64,000 nt of DNA from Trichoplax sp. H2 (lineage: Eukaryota): assembly GCA_003344405.1 (NCBI GenBank), contig NOWV01000021.1, positions 1-64,000 of the forward strand, in the 5' to 3' direction. Every line of letters begins with the position of its first letter. The first letter of the stretch is position 1. Of the stretch, positions 56,201 to 64,000 are shown piece after piece. Under the pieces are notes generated by a model. The model was not told where the DNA came from. It did not search any database and saw only the letters and a program-made list of their open reading frames with translations. Both the position numbers and the translations under genes were made by a program.

Positions 56201-59200
56201 AGTTTAAAAGTTTACATCAATTTGCAGTACGTTGATTAATTTACTATTACAAATGAAAGTTTTTACTGTTTTTATGACTTTAATGCAGCGTGCAGTCTTT
56301 CACCAATCATACCTCGCTAATGATCATTTCTAACCTTCTTCATTGCACTCTATCCCATGCTATCCTCGCCTATAGTCACCAATGTCTATTTAAATTAAAT
56401 CCAGTAAAGAAATGTATTTCTTGAAGAAAGTAGTTCACAGATGGCCTACTCGCTACACAAATTAACAGCATGACTTGAAGATTACACTATAAACTAGTTT
56501 CTAACAAACACGAGCTCAAAAATTCGTTTCCAATCATCAAAATGAATGTAGATATCGTTTTGTTTTTATTCTCTTTCTATTTTACGTTTATTTTTTTCGC
56601 TTTCTTTTCCGTTTAATGTTGAGGAGAAAAATTTTCATTTTATGTTGATAGCTAAGTGTTTATAGCCATAGTAGGAATTGAACATGAAATTCAATACGCT
56701 ATAGACTCACGTTCCATTCTAGTAGTTCAAGTATTTGGATATACTGTGCGTAGCTTACGTCGGGATTTCAACGTTACCTCTATGCTAATCTAGCCATTAT
56801 CCGTATTGCGGATGGAGATTATTACCATCCATGTTGGTTATCTCATTGGGTAGGCATTCTCAGTTTAATAAGGAAGGCCCTAATCGAAAATAACGTTTCA
56901 TAAGACAAATAAGTGATTCTTCAACACAAGTTCTCGCGCCTTTTCCTTTAATTTTCCCTTCATTTTCAATTCCTGTCATAACTTTGCTTTCTCAGTAGAT
57001 ACTAATTGTGTTTATCTAGTATATATTACGACGCTATACAATATAATGCACTATTTTAGTTACGGATACAAATGATTTTAAACTCGCACCAGTCCTTTTC
57101 TCGTCGATAATGAAGCTAAATCTTGCATTTGTGATATAAAATGGACGCGAATAAGGTTCTATTCGGAAATAGCGTGCTCTGAGGCAAGCAGACGACAATT
57201 TAACCTAAACACTCGCCGCATTTTCCCCTAATTTACTCTTAATTTGGGTATAGTACTATATGTTTCATATAGTATGGTAATACCGTAGGAATATCAATTA
57301 GATGCGTTCGAAAAGACCTCAGTGAATTTCTTACAACGAATAAAGTAAATGACATTGCATAGAGAAAGATTTGGAATGATTTAGTTCTTTACTGCATATA
57401 CGTGATTATAGTATATCTCATGTCTTTGAAAAGATCTCAGTGAGTTTCTTAGGACGTATAAAGTAAATAAGATTGCATGATGGAAGTTCTGCAATTATAA
57501 TGTTGTTCTACTTCTATTATATATCTGTAACAGGATAGTAGTAGAAGGACAAATCAGACATCATTAAAACCTTTCAGATAATTTCGTAAAACGTAAATTA
57601 CGCTTAGGAAGATCTGAAATTAGAGTATTCTGCTACTTCCACTATAGTTCATAAGCAAAGAAGGAAGATAAATCAAACCTCTTTGAAAAATCTTCCGTAC
57701 AATTCTTATCACGCAAATAAAATTGTATCCATAACCCACCAGAAGGAGTAATAGTGTATTGAAAGTTGCATATAGAAATGATCTAAATGATTAACTCTCT
57801 CCAAATTAGATTATGGCATACTAGTGTAAATACAAATTAGATATCTTTAAAAATTTGTAATCAATTCCCCAAATTACTTATCCATAATTTAAGCTGCCAT
57901 CAAGTCCGTACTCAAGCATAGAAATAATTTACGACATAACCCATAGGTTCTCTAAGAACTTTCTATCCGTAAATTTAAAGCTATCGCGCAGCAAGTAATC
58001 ATAGATATCATTTAGAATTGACAACATGGTATAAGGCTTGTTAAGATTGTCAATAATAGCTATGAACCATATCATATAGACAGTTTTTAATTCGTCAATA
58101 GTCACATTCCATATTTTTTTCTTTGAACTCATGTACTTGTAATGAAAGGCCTCTAGTCCTAAATGATGTAATTAAATTTTATGGCTAGTTTCTGTCTTTC
58201 TTTGCATTGAGGATATTTTCGCTTACTGTATGATCGTCGTTTTCTATTAGCCGCTTAATATATTGCCATCACACTTGGACTTACCTGATTCAGCTAGTAT
58301 ATCAAGTAATGGGTCTTACGAACTATCCTCGATGTTACCTCATGGGAGAGTTCCGGAATTATTAGTTTCCCTGACTTACAAGCCTAAAATTGCTCAATTT
58401 TTAGTCAAAGTTATAAAGGCGGAAAATTTATTCCATCCTGGTATGGCCAATTTACCAGGTATATCAGTCTTATTCACCATTCCTTTTTAGATCTATTCTA
58501 AATACATTAAATTATACTATGACGACTTTTGAACATTAAGACTGACAATGCATTTTAGCTAACCTTTACTTCACTCGAAAGCTCTTACTCTATCACGCTA
58601 TCTCAATTTTTCTGGCACAGCTTGATAGAAAATAGTAATATCCTTTTCTAATTAGGATTACCTCGCCTTTGTTGTTCTCTTTCTCTCTTTACTCTCTGTC
58701 TTTTTCATTTCTGATGTTAAATTAATTAAGGTTATCCATGTTAATGTCATTAATCGTGTAAGTATTCATTCAATCAAGTTGTTTAGCTTCTGTTCTATAT
58801 TTTAGTAGATCCCTTTCAGAATCTCGATGAGCAGTGTTGATAATTTCATTAAACTTTTACTGTACTGAATTCGATATTTTACAGTACAAAATCATTGGAG
58901 AGATTTAGTATGAAATGGATGATTCTTCTGACAATGAATAGTGAAATTTTAACGTAAAATTGATTTCTTTTAGGTTATAGTAACTATAGTTTATCGTCCG
59001 TGACATAAATTTATAGCTTCAAATATTCATTATTGAGACCCTGTTTAGCTTGCTATATTATGATAGTAATCATTCACTGCAATGAAACTGGGCTGATTTT
59101 ATTTTCAATTATAGACTCATATGTCAAGGTAACACATAAAGATCATCATGGTAGATTACTCGATAAAAATAAAACGGGATTACAAAAATGCAGGCGAGAT

Positions 59201-59452
59201 CCGGAGTATAACTCTACTTTTGCTTATGATGCAAGCCATAAACACTTTGTTGAATCAACTTTCCATTTTTCCATGGTTCAAGTGAAAGGAGTTGGCAAAA
59301 GTAAAGACTTATTAGGCGGTTTCTCCATAGGGAAGCAATGTAGTGGTGAGAATGAAAGAGAGCATTGGAATGAAACAATTCGATTACCCAATCAGCCTAT
59401 GGTAAGATGGCACGCTTTAATTCAACGAGATGAAACAAGTATGCAATATTAG
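53261..59452 (+). CDS. Synaptotagmin 14/16-like protein: N-terminal TM helix plus two atypical C2 domains; 4 coding exons
   Basis: Exons 53261-53276 (ATGGCAAAGTTACCGA|GTAAGT, phase 1), 55036-56183, 58251-58458, 59115-59452. TM IVALVIISILLVLLLIIYC; C2A (GQVQFKVTYD...FKTK...AIFNEKF...LRLRIY...VIGE); C2B (HGRVPELLVSLTY...DSYVKV...EREHWNE...RWHAL). Most Ca2+-binding Asp residues are missing, as in SYT14/16. Alternative start: ATG at 55026. Confidence 0.85.
54515..55070 (+). repeat. Five degenerate tandem ~104-112 bp copies of the intron-end/exon-start junction of the synaptotagmin TM exon
   Basis: Each unit reads attaac-gtatctaaaatttt-(c)ttacc...pyrimidine tract...aaatAG-TA CCT CTG CCA-like. Junctions at 54603, 54707, 54813, 54924, 55036. 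Confidence 0.85.
57295..57730. repeat. Degenerate ~120-bp tandem repeat in synaptotagmin intron 2
   Basis: gaaaagacctcagtgaatttcttacaacgaataaagtaaatgacattgcat (~57310) matches gaaaagatctcagtgagtttcttaggacgtataaagtaaataagattgcat (~57428); weaker copies near 57560 and 57680. Confidence 0.65.
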
Positions 59453-62400
59453 GATGAGATTAGAGAGAGAATTGCTTCAATGCCTCTGTTTTCTGTCGAT
59501 ACTACCTTGAAGACGTATTTTCACCATGATTTTACGTAACAAATTTGTAAAACCATATTAGATTTTATTATATGACAGAATAATCACAGAGAGTAATTTA
59601 TAAAATTAATAACAAAAATGAGTATAAGCCAGTTTAGCGAAGTAACATGTTGTCGATTGAATTCAGTTGCGAACATTATTCTAATTCAATTTTTCTTTCT
59701 ATAATTCGATAATTTTTCAATGCAAGATACCCAGTAATCAACAGATTAATCCATCTAATGTACAGTTTACCCTTGCTATAACCCAACAAAATGTTAAAAT
59801 TTATTATGATAAATATTATTACGCCAGTGGATTTCTATTTAATGATTTTGATTCAATCTATGGTTACCATAATTTAATCAAATCTAAATGTATCTTGTAA
59901 GTATTTTCTTGCTATAAAAAAGTACCATCAAGATTTAGCATATAAGAGCTAGTATGAAATAATCCGTTTTAGTTGATGATTATAGTAATAATTTGATTGC
60001 GATGTTGACGGTAGTATTAGCAGTTCTTGAATCTTCTAGAAGCATGATTAATGTTAAGATGAAATCCCGTGCTGTCATAGACATACGTTCATACAATTCA
60101 TTAAAGGATAGGGAATTATCCCAAATGAGCTGTAATAGCTGATCTTTACAAATTAAAAGTAGATTGATTGAAAATATTCTGAGGATTCTATTTAGCGGTT
60201 GCTATCTAATTTAAGCTAGAATATTTCTTGTACTCTATGAAATTTCATTAATTTCCAAGTAGCTTTTAAAGATCCGTCACTGTACTATTTCATCCTTAAT
60301 AACTATGGCTGATTAATATCTATATCTACAATATTGCCTATCATCTATTCTAATAAAGTATTAACCCAATACCTTTAACAGTGATTTAAGTTGATTTTTT
60401 TCCCATCAAATTTGCTTATCCGATCGTTAATTATTAAGATATTTATATCAATTATTTTATTACGGTCCTCTACGCTATATTATAATCTATAAGGATGATA
60501 TAACTAGCTAATAATATTACTTAAAGCTCTTCTTATTTGCTATGGATTTCATATAGCAGCATAATTGTTGGAGGCTTGCTTTGTAAGGTGACTAGTAGAT
60601 GCGCTGATGCTAAAATTATTAGCTATGATATTATTAAGATCCGGAATGTACAATTTAATAATCGATTGAATTGATTATCTTCAAACCATTTTTGGGGATT
60701 TATAATAATAAAATTACAGACTATAGTGCCAATTATATAATTAAACTGTGGAATATATGGCATAGAGTATAATAAGCTATTGCTTTATGGGTATAAAATT
60801 GATTGGAGTGGATTTACAGTCAAGCCTAATGTACGCATATGCTGCATGCTGATTTTTGTTTATTATTGTAGTATAACATCATCGTTCAGGAGCTAGTTTT
60901 TACATGCAATAAAAGATCAATCTACTACGTAGGAAGAGTATAGGACAGGACTATCAAACACTTCTAATATTCGATAGGACCTACTTTAGTTTTAGTAAGC
61001 AAAGAACAATTAGGAATATGGATGATGATGGCCAACTAAAGTCTATTGATTTAAATCGTAAAGTACAAAAAGCACTATGTAGTAATCAGTTACAGAATAC
61101 ATGCCAGCTAATGGTGGAAGCGATGAGTTATACAGATTGCAAGCCATTTTTGTAAGAAATAATTCTGTTATTTCAGTTTAATACCATTTCTTTAACCTAG
61201 TCCGCATTGCTATTGTAATTTAACAATTCGAGTTTGATCATTATTAATGAATCACATTAGTTATAGTTTTCCCCAGTTTTCTCTGCATGGTATTCGAACT
61301 TAATGATTTTCGCCAATCGTTTTAGTTACAGTTTTCTCTATCATTCTCTGCTGGATAGAAGCATTTCAATTCTTGAGTTAAAATGAAATTTTTGCAATTC
61401 AATGCATAATGCTATGAAATACTGTTTATTATTCAATTTTTATGTAATACTAAATATTATATCATAGCATTGCCCATTGATTTCTTTGAAATGATTTCAA
61501 TTATTGAAATGTTTCTCTCAGCATTTTCTAACCGGTAAAATAACGATTTCATTTGTCTTGGTTAAAATTGATTACGCAATCAACGGAATGTATTCAGTGC
61601 TATTTGATGTGATATTATGGCTAACAATATCTGCAAATTGCGTTAGCCATAATTTTTTTAACATCTAAAGGCGTTGACAATAAACTCATTTGTGTCTATT
61701 TCACTTCTTCCGATTATAGATCACGGAAGCCAGATAATTTAATACAGGACTACATCGATGAATTGATCGATCAATATGATCATGTAGGAATATTTTTGCT
61801 TTATAATGACATCTGTGAATAGATTTTCTTACATCGGATATACCATAATTAGGCATTTGAACGTTAATTGGAATGAATAGCGTAATCTCGTTGCTTTTTT
61901 TGCAGTATTGTTAAATTCTTATTACCAGCAACTTCAAGTTTGCTCGCAATGAAACTCGGTCACGAATTTATCAACCATTATTATTTACTTTCGAGTGTCT
62001 CTGATTGTTTGCCATTTAGGTTATCGATATATTTCGTAAAGAACCAAAGGGATATATAAGTAAAGCTGCAGTTCTAGTATTAGCAAATAAATGGACTGAT
62101 GCAAGGTTTGTCGCATTTTTAGCTATTGACTCTTTTAAGGCATTGTATAGAAAAATTAGTATATCTTTGGAACTAATAGCTTATATAATTATTAAGGGGA
62201 CACCTTAATGAATAAGGGAGCTCTTTTATAAATTGCATTTCTATATCTTACTGATTATTATTAATATCATTTTAGATTAACTTTGGGTAAAGGTCTTATG
62301 GTATGCAGCGACAAAGACGAAATAAGGTTTAGATTCATATTCTACATGCCTATTTATTTGTAACGTTAAATGTCAAATATAGCTATACGTTAGAAAAGAT

Positions 62401-64000
62401 AATCTATCCTAGCTGCTGGATGAAATGCTGTAAAGTCAGAGCTAACTGTTGTATAAAATTGATAGGGAAGCTCTAAACCGATTGAATCACGTATTTCGAG
62501 AAACTGAAAGCGTCAAAACATCTTCCAATAGACTGAATTACTATAAGCGTAAGGAAACGTCTAGTTTACCGACTGTTAAAGATGAAGAAAGTGTTGAAAT
62601 GTAATTTATTTGCAATCGGAATTGGTTGATATTGAATATTAGTATTAACTAAATGGACATGGAAGTACTCATCTATTTCTAAGATTACTTGTAATAGGAA
62701 CTATAGATATTAATATTAGTATACCTTTACAGTATGGGAATACTTGGATTTGTATCTTGATTACCGTTGATTGTATCATATAGAATATTGAAGGTAAAGT
62801 TAGTAACTGATAGTAACTCCAGTTATCTAATCTGCACTATTTGATGATATACACATATTTGCCATATTGCAGGTAATTTATTCAAAGTTATCGTATGCAC
62901 GCTGCTGTATTACATGGCAGCTAATAAAAAATATTGCTATTAATATCTGTCATCTCTATGTAATTTACAATACATTATTAAATATTTATTTACCTATGCT
63001 GCAATATATATCTGTACTCATTATACGAATGCAACTCTTTCGCTTCTTTCACATGCGTGATTGAGTCCTTGTTTCGGTGTTGTAAACACACACGCGCCCT
63101 TTATGGTATCGATAGCTGAAAAATCTATAAACAATGAGCTATCGTAGGCGTCAGGGAGTTAAAGCATACATTTTAGTCAGATAAATCAATTACAATTTAG
63201 TAAAGTATGCCTACGCTTTTACAGATTATACAACTAATGTAACTATTCATAGCAGAAAAGTATATTTTAAGGATATGAACTTCCTTTCGTTATCGCGTGA
63301 TGATTCCAAAAAATTTATATCATATGACTACTAATATAGCAAAGCCGTAGATATGGATATAGTATTAGTATCATTATTACATGCATTATAATTATTGAGA
63401 AAAACATCGTTGCAGGGTTTAAATTTATGAGTGACGAATTAAGCAAGTTTGTTACTAAACAATAATAAAAAATTTATTTTCGTAATTTTTAAATAGACAA
63501 ATAACTCGTTATGTTTCATATAATAATAATTGCATTTCAAGTGCATAAAATACCAGTCTCGATGGTACTTAAATATTCTCCTTAAATTTGTTTTGACATT
63601 ATTAATATTTATATAGTCGTGCTAAAGAATTCTTGAAATGATAATAATTATTGGAAATTTGATTAGTAAATGTATAAATATACTAGCTTGAATATAAAAA
63701 GTCCTTCAATTTATATTTATATATATGTGATATACATCACTTGTACTGGCCATGGTTATGATGTACTAAGGGACAATATGTTTGAGATTTAATTGTTACT
63801 ATAGTATTTGATGTGATTTGTACATACGTGCTGTCGTAATTATAGACTACTAAGCGTACCAAACTTCTTTTCGTCTCTATCGTTATGCGGTTGGATAAAA
63901 TTAAAATATAAAAATACCATTTTTCGGAAATTCACAAGACTACCTAGCATATTGATTGAGAAGTTACGGTTGTAAGCTCACAAAGGGCTTGTGGCTTCAA

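Noticed and set aside
59453..64000. Possible gene in the last 4.5 kb (ORF 62867-63064)
   Set aside because: AT-rich, with no recognisable domain or exon chain; treated as intergenic or upstream of a gene outside the window.

Overview
AT-rich eukaryotic (animal) chromosome end. It begins with a (CCCTAA)n telomere and holds ten compact, intron-containing genes: a PRD-class Q50 homeobox gene, ACBD3, a bacterial-type DUF445 membrane protein gene, ARID4, RBM34, a 90-aa orphan gene missing from the ORF track, MAP1LC3C, TIMM9, KIAA0586/TALPID3 and a SYT14/16-type synaptotagmin. Short introns, low GC and TTAGGG telomeres suggest a compact early-branching animal genome such as a placozoan (inference only). 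Main signals: (1) all three head-to-head gene pairs carry palindromic (ACAGT/ACTGT)n arrays between their start codons, two with embedded repeated cores; (2) gene order matches the human 14q23 and 1q42-43 paralogous regions; (3) five tandem copies of the splice-acceptor/transmembrane-exon junction lie in the synaptotagmin gene, with mostly synonymous divergence; (4) an intron-bearing DUF445 gene is a candidate for horizontal origin. Gene models were spliced by eye and gene names come from recalled motifs, not database searches.
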